Of a stretch of DNA of 64,000 nucleotides, positions 12,152 to 25,145 are shown one piece after another. The translations under genes were made by a program, and so were the position numbers. Location of the stretch: contig MCFE01000391.1 in the NCBI GenBank assembly GCA_002104905.1, positions 18,821 through 82,820 on the forward strand, in the 5' to 3' direction. Under the pieces are notes generated by a model. The model saw only the letters and a program-made list of their open reading frames with translations, was not told the DNA's origin and searched no databases. The stretch comes from Basidiobolus meristosporus CBS 931.73 (taxonomy: Eukaryota; Fungi; Basidiobolomycota). Numbering within the stretch: position 1 is the stretch's first letter; the number at the start of each line of letters is the position of its first letter.

Positions 12152-12564
12152 ACTATTCAAAAGGGCAATAATAAGGGTTGTATCACAATGTCTTTTAAGG
12201 CAGAATAATATGCAGAACATTGGGAACTATAGAGGAAGAATTGGCCTATATAGTGACACAGAGCAACATTATGAGGTAATCAGTGCAAAAAAATCCACAA
12301 TGAAATCTGGGAAGTTCACTGCACAAAGAACTGGAGGTTAATTGCTCAGCCCAACCAAAATGCTGCCAAGACAGTTACAACCCAGGGTACATGTAGAACT
12401 GAGGGAGGCACTGAAGTCAGGGGATACTGGAAAAATTTACTGAGTAGTCGCAGAAGAGACTATTGGAAAAATCGCTCTACAAGCGCCCTACACCAAGCAG
12501 TACTCAGTCTCTCCTGACAACAAATTTCAACCAAGACAACTTGATCCATTTCAAGGCGCGCTTT

Positions 12565-12575
12565 CTCTGATACCA
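12565..12575 (-). other. Possible LTR-retrotransposon primer-binding site (tRNA-iMet type)
   Basis: The minus strand reads ...ACACACAGT TGGTATCAGAG, an 11/12 match to TGGTATCAGAGC at the edge of the TE block. No partner LTR seen. Confidence 0.35.
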
Positions 12576-15500
12576 ACTGTGTGTATCACCCCCAGTGGTC
12601 ATATGGGGAACCACATAATAGAATGGGCAATCAATAGTATACAGCACCCATGAGTGATTCTGAATCATACCTGTGCTGTAAACAAGATGGCGAACCCCGC
12701 CGAAAATAATCATGAACAAACGATCATGAGCGTATACGGCATATGACTAGCATGCTTCCCATAGAACATCACAGGCAACCGGGCTCCATCTGATTTGGGT
12801 AAAAATCAGATAAAGAACCATGAAAATCAGTATGATCAGAGCAACTTTCGTGAGTTTGGATTGTTACAGAGGGTGAGGTCGGCTCTACGACAGATATATC
12901 CTTTGCAAGGTGTTACGATACCAGCCACAAACACGCCTACTGCTACTGTGGCCCCAGCATGGGTGAACTAGCATTGTGGCATTGATTACTCAAGAATGGC
13001 CCACCGGTCTAGTTTATTATAGCGGCCTTTCCGTAGGAAACATGTTACTTCCGGTGTATAACCACTCAGATCATACAAAATCGATAGTTTCGTGTTACAG
13101 CCAAATAATTCGTAACATACCCTCGGAAGACTTCGTATTCTACTAGATAAAGGCGCCGCTTGTGCTGATAACACGTATATCAAACGCCAACAACCAGTTA
13201 GTACTGATGACTTTCATATGCTAGTGATGGAGTTCATCCCAGGCTACATAAATGAATTAAGATCAGGTTGGTAATCAAGTTGACAATAGATTGCGGAACC
13301 AGTTTCTGTTGCAGCGGTGGTTATATTGGACGATGGGTTAGTATTCTTGGCTATTGATAATTCGGCATTCAGTTCGCCTTGGCTTAGGCCAGCGACAGGT
13401 ACGAAAGAGTGCCACTCGACTGCTCTGTACCACATGTATTCATAGATATTCCATATCTCGTATATGAATATTCATACCCGGCCGCTGCGAGCGTAGATAC
13501 ACTCTGGGCTTGACATATTTCACCATAAGCCACGAATCAAATCGACTTCGCCGGAGCACCCAAGCTTCCGCGAAAAGGGTTTCAAGTCGTGGGGTCTAAG
13601 AGATCCCTTGTCTTAGTTTGACTTCCAGCTAATCACCTCTACCACTGCAACGCAGACACTCCATGACGTCGCCAGAGCCCACGCATCTCATGCAGAACAT
13701 TTCTCTAGGTTCCAGAGTCAGATTCCAGATTTTAGACCAGGGTAGCTTTTCTAGGGCGGTAAACTCCTAACTGTTGGATAAAAATGGCGAGTATTTTGCT
13801 ACATATGTTAGTTCTATCACACTGCATCAATTTACCGAGGTCGACGTGCTACATTCCTAGAATCCGTGAATACTTCCCAACCAGCCTACGAGGAATCACA
13901 ATTAACGATAATCAGGATGACACCACCAATAAATCGCCCTGATCACACATATCGATGGAACTTTGGAATCTCAAGGCATTCCGGGTTTTAGCATTGAGAC
14001 AAGAACTATGCTCGATATGACGCAAGACAAATATGAGCCCACTTCCCCTGAAAGTGGTCAAGCTGTAATCTCCACTTTCTAGTAGGCATACCTGACTGTG
14101 GGATGCTACTCTCTGGTGGCTTTGAAAGGGGTCAAAGGGTTAATGCCTCAGGGTTAGGGCATGGGCATGGGCGTACTGTAGATGCCAACGAAAAACGAAT
14201 CAATCCTGCTCCATGTGTAACATTAATTAAGCGGCAGCATTGTTGTAACCTATGGTAGTCTCCTCTGGTAGATTAGCCATAGTAAAGAACCAGTTTTCCA
14301 TCCCTTCGCCCGTCTAGAACAGGACCCTATACAGGACACATAGTTCACCACGTTTGCTCAATTGTTTTCAAGGGGATACTGGTTTGATGCGTTCTGCCTC
14401 TAGTCTGGCTCAAGGATTGCACACTGATTCTGTGTCGAACCAAATGGTGGGAAAAGAAACGCAGCTTCGTCGATGATTACTCCGTTGGAGGCCGCCGAAA
14501 CTGGCGGCTTTCCGTCATGACTGCCTGATGCAGCACAATTCCCATGGGCATCCATCATCGGCATTTATCGGCTCCGAAAATCCTTTATCTCATCTAGCGC
14601 CGCGGGCTGCTTTCAGGTATGGGGTTCCGTTTCTGGGATTGTGGGCTGGAATGGTGTGGACATTGTGATTGAGAAATACCCAAGGTCGGAGAATTTCTAG
14701 GGATAAATTACGTAAAGCCATTGAGGCTCATGATTGTTTGTAACAGATCGGTTGATTTTGGTGGAATTGGCAACAAAGACAGATCATTGCCAAGCTCGCT
14801 CCTCTGGAATCGTCTTGACGTTGTGAGCCTGGGTCCACGACACCCAAGTTGGGCTGCTATGTTCTGGCAACGCGCAGGGCCTGACGGCTGCAAAGTGCTC
14901 CCGGTGAGCCTGCGGATGCCTCCATCGGCTCATGGAGCTCGAGGGCGCCGTTGACGTAGCGGGCGAACCTCCACACCTGGTTTGTAGCTACCATGGGGGA
15001 GTTCATTTGGACCGAAATAATTAGTGATGATTGTCGCGGGAAACAGACAGTGGTGGATCTCGACACATCCCATACCCGATAAGGTTGTGAAGTCACCAGT
15101 TTCGAAATATCGACATTTCGAGAGGCAGCCCATCCCATCCAATGCCATAGATTCAGATATTGGTGTTTATTGAGACATGGGCCATTTGGGTCAACCCACG
15201 AAAGAATCAGCCGCATTGGCTTATTCATGGGCAAAACATCGCGATTTCGGAAACAATGTGTGAATCTGTGTGGGAAGCCTGGTCAACCCTGTCCGCCATT
15301 GGGTGGGGCTCGAAACACTGCCCTCTTGGGCTTTAATACATCTCCACCGATTTACCTTAGTTGATTCCTATATCATCAGGCAATCGAGTTCAGTTACTGA
15401 CTCCTCACGCTCGAGGCCAGGTAGCAGAACTCGGGAGCCACAAAGCATGGGTCTACGGGCTTGGGAATATTTGCAGCGAGTGCGTATGCCCACTCTATGG

Positions 15501-18500
15501 TTACTATCCAAGGTGGGTCAACATGTGCGTACGACAGAAACGCAATCCTCCATCTTGAGAGTTGGAAATCGGCTTGACCGGACTCATGGTTGGACCATCC
15601 AATACAATGGCTTAAGGTTTATTTTAGTCCATTGACTACTCTACCGCATCATGCACAAATGGATGAGTGGCATTCCGAGCTAAACAGGGGATGTTCAAGT
15701 TGGTCATGATGGTTACGCAACGAATATATTTGCTCGGAGGCCATATAATTCACCAGACGGAGGCTCTGATTTGTTTCGACTTGAAACACCTCGTTGATTC
15801 ACCCAATTCTTTGAAATGGATGAGTACGATCAACGCAAGATGCTTTTACCCTAGCACTCCGCTATCTAACCGTAGAGATTGCATGCAGATCAAACAGATG
15901 GGAATCGATTTTCGGATGGTTACCTAAGCTAACGTAGATGGTACGTAACCACGTTATCGTGTAAGGGGATTGGCTCTTGGATTGTCCAGGATCGACATTC
16001 ATCTCTGTGAGCTACCCAGACGAACCTCGTTATTGGAGAGTGGGGTTGCTCGAACTCAGCGTCCTGTCCACAGCCAGCCAGTCCCAAGGATAGCGGCAGC
16101 CCGTATTTAGCGCTACCCGATGCACTCGACACCAAGCTGCACTGCTATGCCCCTACACTCGTACCTTCCCTCCATCCTCTGAGTGTTCGGATTTGGACCA
16201 AAATGGGCAAAATATGCATCACTGTAATGTGTGTCAGTATGTCATCAAGGCTGGATGATTCTTCCTAAAATATACTTTGTGCGTAACTTGGACAGACACA
16301 GCAAATTCCTCACTAAAAGGATGGAACTTTCGCTTAGGTCATCAAGTATGAATGTGGTCCCTCCTTGACTGGAAAGACGATGATGATGACGTTCTCCATT
16401 ACATATTCCAGAGTTAAGTCCATTGAAACATTTGACCTGTATCCCATGCCGCTAGATCGCACCACTGTACTCTGATTCATTACTGTGCCCGCAGAATCCG
16501 GACGTACAGGCTATTGCGCTATTTCTTCCAGCCTGCGTAACTCGCAGCTCCATCTGGTAAGCAAGGTATATGGATTCAGAGTGGTGATGAAATCACCCAG
16601 AGAGCAGTTCCTAGCTGTGTGGCAAATGTCTATGGTTTTGTATGGCGTTGTAGCAGCAGAAACCGATGGATATCTGCCGGAGATGGCTTTGCTAGGGCGA
16701 GAGGGGATCTTGCTCACCTCTTCCTACGAAACAGGTTTGATGGCAAACTTGTTTGTCTAGGGGGCTCGGGCAGACTTATGGCGGTTTATGAGAGTGCAGT
16801 GGTGTAGAAAATGTGAGCGAAACATCGCCTGTCATGGCCGGAGCAGCGCAAAATACCCTGTGCCTATCCCCTATTCCTTTTGATGATATCGGGATAGAAA
16901 CATTGGGTGGTTTCTTGTGAATCAGCAGTTGGCATGGGGGGATTCCACTCTAAAGATGGCTGGTATGCAAGTGCTTTGGCTCCAAATACTCCAATCCTGA
17001 ATATAGGCCCAGCATCTCAAATCGTTCTGGTTCGGTCGCCTTAAAGGGAAACGATTTCTCATTTTGTCTACATTACAGGTTCTATGCCTACACAAACTTT
17101 AAATTCAACAAATAAACCATTCGGTAGGGGTAGATGAAGCCCCAGTTACTCAATGGCCTTCTCTTTAGAAACGCTTTGTGCACATAGTAACTGCCACCCA
17201 TTGTGACAACGGATAGTCAGCTGCAGCATTACCTAAGCCAACGCCGACAAATTGACTAATCAACCGGATCCTGGTGGATTGGTAGGACTGAGCCAACTTA
17301 CCGAATCCATTAGTTAACCCGGATTATGTGAAGGGGCGGTTACCTAATCAGTCTGGAGTTACCGAGATGGCCGTCCTTTCCAGCCGGGAATGAAGTACCT
17401 TGCTAACGTGCCCGCGCGGCCCGTATCTTAAGCCGCCCCTCCGAAGGACGCCCTGCCGAGGCCGCTTCTCGTAGTGGCCTGAGGTGGCTGACAGAAGTGA
17501 GATCTTGGAAGTTAGATCGAACTCTGCCAGATGCGATCATGCTTACCCACTGCACTTTGGGAAATCAGTTAATTTGAGCCATATTGAGATTGATTATCAG
17601 ATGCTACAAGCAGATGGAATCCCTAAAAATCCGTGGGTGCTAACCACAAGCATAAATCAATCCATCGACTATTTGTTGATTTTCAAACCCCACATCGTGC
17701 GGGCGGTGAAATCACATGTTGATTTCAGGAAGAACCAAATGATGGGAATTATCATGTCGGACAAGGAGTCCGATTTTCTGAGAGAGGCTAGAGTAGCCAA
17801 CAGATTGCAGCCCAGTGCCGACCAGCAGTAGAAGTACCTAGCCAGAAAACACCATCACGAACGCACCCCACTGATTGCGACTTTTGTGGCGGTAAACAGC
17901 CGAATAGTCAAGTCGTTCATCGTATTCAGCATTCGATCTCTTCATACACGAATCCTTGCTGCCATCATTACCCAATCCTACGTCTGCCGCTTTAGGCTGG
18001 GAGGGTCAAGGTGATGGGCATCCAAATATACAAATCTACTATGTCTTGAACCGCTTGACGGCTCTCATTGGTTTGATTTGCGCTCACACTCCCCAATGGA
18101 TTCAGTTTCCTCCTTTGATAATCAAATCTTGGTTTACCTTGCATCGTCAGAGACGTGCTTCTTGCGGTGCGAGTGGCAGCCAAGGGGAAATCCCATAGGC
18201 TGGAAGCGGTGGGATGTAGCCCAGCTCTTGAGAACATCTCATATCATAGAGGCCGGCCAATTGTGGAAGTCGTCAGGAAACGGATTACTCAGTGTGGTAG
18301 AACCGCTTTTACAGACTGCACTTGGGGTATCCAGATGATCACTCTGTTCGATGTGACGCAACGTTGGTTTGGAAAACTCCAGCGGGATCCTATTTGACGA
18401 GGACAGTCTCTGGTTTAGGAGTGATAAATAATTGATGGGGTGTTTGAATTGAATCAATGTGCGTTTATTTGATAAAACATTTAGAAACCGGGGTTTCACC

Positions 18501-19415
18501 AACCTTCGTGCTAATCGATATCTAATTTCTACTGTCATCGGCACCTTTGGATCGAACGATGCTAACACATGAGCAGCCCAACCGGCGGCATACCCAACGA
18601 AGCCTTCGGTTTGGAAGACATGATTCAGCGCAGCAGCCCACCCACTACGTCAACCACGACCCGCTGCCAGGAGGCTGGCCCCTCCCGCTCTCTCCACCAA
18701 GCTCCACGTAGCTGGGCAAGAGCCCGGTGGCGAGCAGTGTCCCGCCCTGCACGATCCAACAGCTCGTACAGGTGATTCAGTTTGGCACAATTAGGCCCAC
18801 CGCGATGTCCGAAGAGCATGGAAATCATTGTTTTGTGAGCTTTATCTGCACCAATCGACCATCCAGTAGAACCACACATATCATTCATGTCTCCAGAATA
18901 ATGAGATCATTAGGCCTGTATACTGTCACTAAGAATCAATTGTATACTTGACCCTAATAGCTTTGATCTTCAGTGTATAATCCATGCCAATTGTTCGATT
19001 ATTCAAAATCCATTGTTTTCAGGTGGATTCCTGGTGTTATATCCACAAACCTGCATGTCTTATGTTGTGCAACCTCAAGAGTTGATCAGTAAAAGGAAAA
19101 TAGGTGATTGATCTGAGCAAAGCGCTCTAAAAATAAGCGTTACAATTAGGCTGCTGTTTTAAGATCTATAGACTCAGTAATTTAGCTAAAACTGTTTAGA
19201 AATGCAAAAGGCTGATTTTATTTTGGCATAATATGATCCAATCGGTGATCGTTTCATCATTTCGGTTCAATTCAAATGCGACCTCATGTCGTGGCTTGCT
19301 TATAAAAGGCCCGATAAGCAATCGTTTAGTATTACACATTTTGTTGTGATTCGCTTCTTCCTCACCTGCTAGCAATTCACGCCTACCTAGTCCTTCCTGT
19401 ACACCGATACTCAAG

Positions 19416-20458
19416 ATGTCCTGCCCTTTTGATTCCCAACCTTCTCATTACGAAGGTAGCTTGGACTTCGCCAATTTTTGTTCGGACATTGAGCCTCTGC
19501 TGTTCTCAGGGGTGAACCTTTCTGATTTTAGGGAATCACACATCTCCTCTAGTGATAATTTTGATTCTGCCTCCCATTTGCCTACGCCATCCCCCCAATC
19601 TCCAACCAAATACATGCCGGACAGTACGATGGTTAACCGAAATGAGTATCACACTGACCCAGTCAGCGGTGAATACAATCACCTGTGGAGAAGCTCCCCT
19701 CTCCCCTCTCCCCCAGAAAGCACCTACGGCCTGGATGGGGATTCATTCGTCTATGTAGCTTATGGCGACAAAGTGACACCATTTTCGGTAGAAGACTCAT
19801 TGATCCTTGAAAACATCCCATCCATACCGTACATGGACGCCATTCAGATGTGTTCGGCCCCATCGAGTGAGAGTTTCTGCTATGGCGAGCGCTTGCCCGA
19901 CAAGGGAAATCACACCCAAGCACATTCATGCATCTCGCCCAATGACCTTGAGTCTCTACCCCCTACAAACGCCAGCTCCGCCGAGAGCGGGTCCCGGAAG
20001 TCCTCTCTTGTTGTCGAGCAATTCACCTTGGATCAACCAGTGGTGCTTGAGAGCCCGAAGAGGTCCAGAGGTCGCAAGGCCTCAACCAAGCAAGAGTCTC
20101 AAGGAAGCAGCAAAACCTTTTTCTGCGAATACAACGGGTGCGGTAAGGTGTTCAAACGGGCCGAACACCTGAAGCGTCACATCCGCTCCATTCACACGCT
20201 TGAGAAACGTAAGTGGGCAGAATAACCAGGCCAATGAGTAATGCCAATGCTTACCTCTCCTCTTCATCCACCTTAGCGTTCCCCTGCCCACATCCAAGCT
20301 GCACAAAACGCTTCTCACGCTCGGACAACTTGAACCAGCACGTCCGGGTGCACCGAAACTCAAGGGAGAGAGCCACCAACCCAAGCTTCAACCACTTCAC
20401 ACCGTACGTCCCATCGTCGGCGGGCCAAGAGCCATTCCAAACGGTTTTCTTGAACTAG
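19416..20458 (+). CDS. Msn2/Msn4/Seb1-type C2H2 zinc-finger stress transcription factor, 324 aa, 2 exons
   Basis: Intron 20209-20276 (GTAAGT...TTAG) restores [54 protein letters not shown], matching the Msn2-family finger pair. Confidence 0.92.
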
Positions 20459-23400
20459 ATCCCTGCAAAGGAACTGCGCCTCCGCCCCTCACCACCATCA
20501 GTCTCTGAAGCCGCTTCTTCACGAACTACCACACAGCAAACGATCGCTACTTTACCAAGTCAACCCTTGTACTTCCTGACAAAGTATCCAATAACCGTTT
20601 AGTTGCTAATACTCTCGCTATGCCTTTCACTTTGCTTAGTATTGTGACTCGTCGATATGCTTCGGTTCATATCCCTTCCCCGATGAGATGCTCCAAAACC
20701 CTGCCACCTATTTTTTGATATGTATTGTATATAGGCCAATTCGAATAGGTAGACATGTTTCTTCCCTGTATACGTTGTTTCAATACCGGTTCCCTCCCAA
20801 AATGCATCGTTTTATTGGCACCCCCAACATCCTCGCTCTTCATAACTGACCAATAAATTAAGTTTGAGCCTGGCACCTCCCAACGGATCCGGATTCCCCA
20901 GCTACAGAGCGAAGCGATAAACTCAATACCCAGCGTTCCTCGTGACACCCTGCACCCTCTTAGTTCTCAGTGACCTTTTTGGCATGGACGCTGGAGCAGT
21001 CACGATGCGCTACTAAATATATCCGTTTAGTTTAGTTCAAGTGACTTCCATATTTATCCACTCACTCCTACTCTGATTCTGACGATCAGACACCGCTGTG
21101 ATCCTGGGTGGTTGACGATGCCATGGTCATTCGCACCAGATTCGTAGATAGAAACCTAGAATGATTGTATCTCCAGCCTCCGGCCGGCAGGCGTCTTGAA
21201 AAGCCTGGTTGGACCTTGAGCCAATGAAGAACCCATGCATTCTTCCTAGAGCACCTCGTCGCCAGCCAGTGTCGGACCTTGACGACAATCCTCCCGATGA
21301 GACAGAGTTGACGACGGGGGTTGCCAATCACTCTGCCAGGGTACTCCGGTATCTTTGTCGTGGAGAAACACTGGATAAGTGCCTTGTTCCATGCGTATAT
21401 AGAACAAGCCGGTTTTGCCTGGCGCAGCAAGGTTTTAGAGAGGGCCAATTCCCACTGCATCACCAGCCCAATTGATCTAATTGCCCGACCATTCAGCCAT
21501 TTTCCTGGAGTGCCTTCCCTGAGCACTTCCCTAAATCCTGATCGGGTGGGCTGTTCCCTGCCGCAAGTGGTGCTCGCCATCCAGTTTGCCAAGGCAAGCG
21601 AACATCTCACGACACCTGAAACGTGCCGAATGATATGTCCTAGCACCGCCCCTTTACTCGATGGGAAATCCCCGCACGATGCGGGGATTTGGATGGTTGA
21701 GTGGGTGAGCTCCTACCCACACCTTGCTCGTTGCGCTCACGAGCCACCATTTGGTCAGTATGCCGGTTGCTGAGGCAACAGGATGGCGTACACACCGCCA
21801 ATCTCCCAAGGGATATTGCCGAGATGCGGCCCGGACGCAGGTAACCGCATAGTAGGCCGGCATGCACAAAGGACCAGATTGCCCAACCCACCGTGCCCAG
21901 CAGTAGCCTACAATAGTTGTGACACATTGGCCTGCACGCAGGTTAATAAGGGGTGAACAAACTCTCTCTGATATCATTAGCACGGATCAGCGGAACCAAT
22001 GATGGCAGTGGGTCGAGGGTGTTTCATCAGGTCGTCTGACCTACGCAAATATGCTGGAAGGGAAGATCTCCAAAAAGACAACCTGGTCCATTGCTCACCG
22101 CCGCTCGATGGATCACGAAGGCTTGGCCCTCAGCTGATCAACGGTAGCATATGTTGATGACTTGCTTGCTGATGGGACTATGAGACTCCAAATCGAGTGT
22201 CTCAAGATTGGAGTTTTGATGACTATTTCTTCGCACTCGATTGAATACCGAGCCGTGGTTGAGCTTGATGGATTTCGCGCGATACACAAACGCTGTAATC
22301 GGTCACCAAGATCAGTCACGTTGATCGTAAACATGCCACTATCAAAAAGGAAATGGTTGAGATAAATATGTGAGCCTACAGCATCGTTGTTTTACTCTAA
22401 AATTGGCTTGGCTTGAAACTGACAAATCAGGACACCCTGTTCTAATATCTGATGATGGATGGGGCATTTCGGGATTACAAAACTTAACTCGGTAGACCTC
22501 TGTTGGAGTAAGAGTCATACATGTGTCTCGCATTCATACTGATCCAAAGGGTGGTTTTGGTGTATCATATCAGGTCATTGGCTTGCGAGGCAGCCTCCAC
22601 TAGCTCCTTTGGGAGAAATTGTGACATGACTAAGCAGAGGTTTATACAGATTCCGTGACTTGCATTTCTTAATCAAAAGATTGGATGATGTCTCGTGAGC
22701 ACCAGTGAGGTCCTATACTGATCAAGTGCAAATACGGCACATCGTTCTTCCTGCGGGAGACTAGTTAGGGAGCTTCGACTTTCGGTCACGTCTTCGATGC
22801 CACCATGCCCTCGCTATTTGCGCATACTGTCTGTCGAGTAAACGGCTACCGGGCAGAGTTGCGTGGGCCTGCCATCAACTGATCGCCTGGCCTCACATGC
22901 GCCCGCCGCGAGGCTGACGTAACAATACTCTGGCCCGGCAAATCCCTGCTGGGTGGTAGAATCCTAGATGTTGCGCAACAGAGCTAGCAAGTCCGGCTAT
23001 AGATAATCACCAGATAGTCCTGCATCTCAATCCGGTCAGGCTGCACAGCTGTGCTACATCATGTAATCTAATGGTGTCTGCTCGTGATATTCGGTGGATC
23101 GGTGCCGCGGAGTCTAAGTGCACGATGGTTGGTGCAACTTCATGTATCTCGCCTCCTGCCGCGAGGCTGCATACCAGCGATCACCATACTGCAAGGTGAT
23201 CTGCTAGCTTCCGCCTGCATACTCTTGTTGTGGGGACTTCGTTTGAGGCGGGGCTGAGAGGGATCCGTGAGTGCCATCTCTGCGAACTTCCAGAGGAGCC
23301 CACAAGCAAGCCCGATCAACACCAGCTTTACGGCATGTGTTTTGCTATCTCGGCCGCTCTTCGATCCACGGTCGCCCAGCACTTGCTTAGGAACGAGCCA

Positions 23401-25145
23401 GGGAAATTCAGACCTCTGAGAATATTTTGAGACTTGATTGTGTGCCACCAGCAATGAAATTGCAATCTCCCGAATATCTGATTTCGCCCACACAAGGAGG
23501 GGAGGTCGAATCCAACTCATCCCTCACATGGTTCGACGGCGACAGAGTTACGGATCCACGTCTCTCAGATACGTCTCGTGATCAAGGCTGATCCCCCATC
23601 GCAGTCGAGAGGATCCTGAGAATCAACCCAATCCTCCCATTGCGTGTTATCAGTAGAAACGTACGGGGTCACGAGCAGATCGAGATCGCAGCAAGTACGT
23701 ATAACTCTGCCCAAAGTGGAATATCTTATGCACGTTAATGAAATTTAATAAATGACCATCGGGCGTGTCACTTGAAACAGTGTTGGCTCTCATCAGCCAA
23801 CCGCTACCAGCTGCCGGTTTCAGTATGGAGCACTCACCTCAGACTAGAAGATAACGCCAAAATAGAAAGGTAAATTCCGAATTGCCCGCTTTTAAACATC
23901 CATTTTGATCCATGAAATGCCCTATTGTGGAAAGACCAATGATGGTGCCGCCACACTTGATATTGTCAATATTGAATCATTTCCTGTGATTCCTATGATC
24001 TGATCGCACTCATTCAGTAGGTGGGTGTTGTGCCTCTATCTTGGATACAGGATACAGTTTCATGCTCTATCTATGTTTCTCAAATATTCCGTGCACCAAT
24101 CAACGGCACAGGGACTGGCAACCGAATCGCTCATGTTGCTCAACACCAATGCTATCTATCCCAAGCTCTAGATGGTTGCGTATTAAACCTAAATGGCGAA
24201 ACCGCTGGAGTCACGGTGAGTAGTTTGGTACACACGCTATATGGAAATGAAATGTTGTGGCATTATTGGCTCGCACTCTCGTCCAGGCGTACTCAATCCC
24301 AGCAAACAGGTTTTGGGATGATGTCCAAGAGATACACAAAGTGTCAAAATAATAATCCATCCAAGCCAAACCTCTAGTATTCATCACCCATTTTCCTTGG
24401 GCGCCTCCCTCTCTTTGTCCATACATGAGCACATAAGTGAGCTCGTTGGCAACACCATTGCTATCGTCATCAGGCAGCCCCACTTCGGGGGTCTTAGGTA
24501 AGCTCCCAAGCGGGTTGATGGGAGACAGCCCCATGTAAATATAGATTCACTTTACTAACCATTCAGTATCCAATTTACGGACATTAAATTGCCTGATCTA
24601 TCGAATGACAGGCTTTCGGTAATTCACTCATTTATGAATGACATCCTTGAACCTGGATGCTGTGATGTTTAAGCACAGATGCATATGCAACACCGTTGTC
24701 TAACTAGGTCAAATATAGAAGGTTCAGTCACCAGAAGTTCCTTCGATATACCTTATTTGGGCGGCTACGTTTTCCCCAAGTGCAAGCCTCGCAAATATCG
24801 TTGAGCAAGCATTATGGAATGATGACAATCGCTGTTACCTGTCGCAGTAGTTCACTATCACTTGCAAAGTCCATCAGGAGCCATTTCTAGTCGGCCCAGC
24901 CTCTCGCAGGCGAGCGTCAAATCCAAGTATGTAGATTCCTCGTTTGTAAACTGGTGATGATGTAGATGGAAATCTCCTGCACTGCCCACATACTGCCTAC
25001 CATTACGGTACGGTGGGATTGGCCTAATGCTCAACTTTCGGCCGTGCAGGCACAAATCTATTTGCGCTCTACCAAACGAAACTTGAGTCTACATTCCTAA
25101 TTGCACCTTAGGGAAGATCTATATCCTTTATTGTCCAATACAACA

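Noticed and set aside
13462-13478. 14-bp palindrome TATGAATATTCATA
   Set aside because: AT-rich and of a length expected by chance in 64 kb.
14153-14160. Isolated GGTTAGGG
   Set aside because: A single hexamer with no element junction; expected by chance.
20667-25055. ORFs up to 186 aa between the C2H2 gene and ATM
   Set aside because: Overlapping on both strands, no domains, no convincing splice structure.
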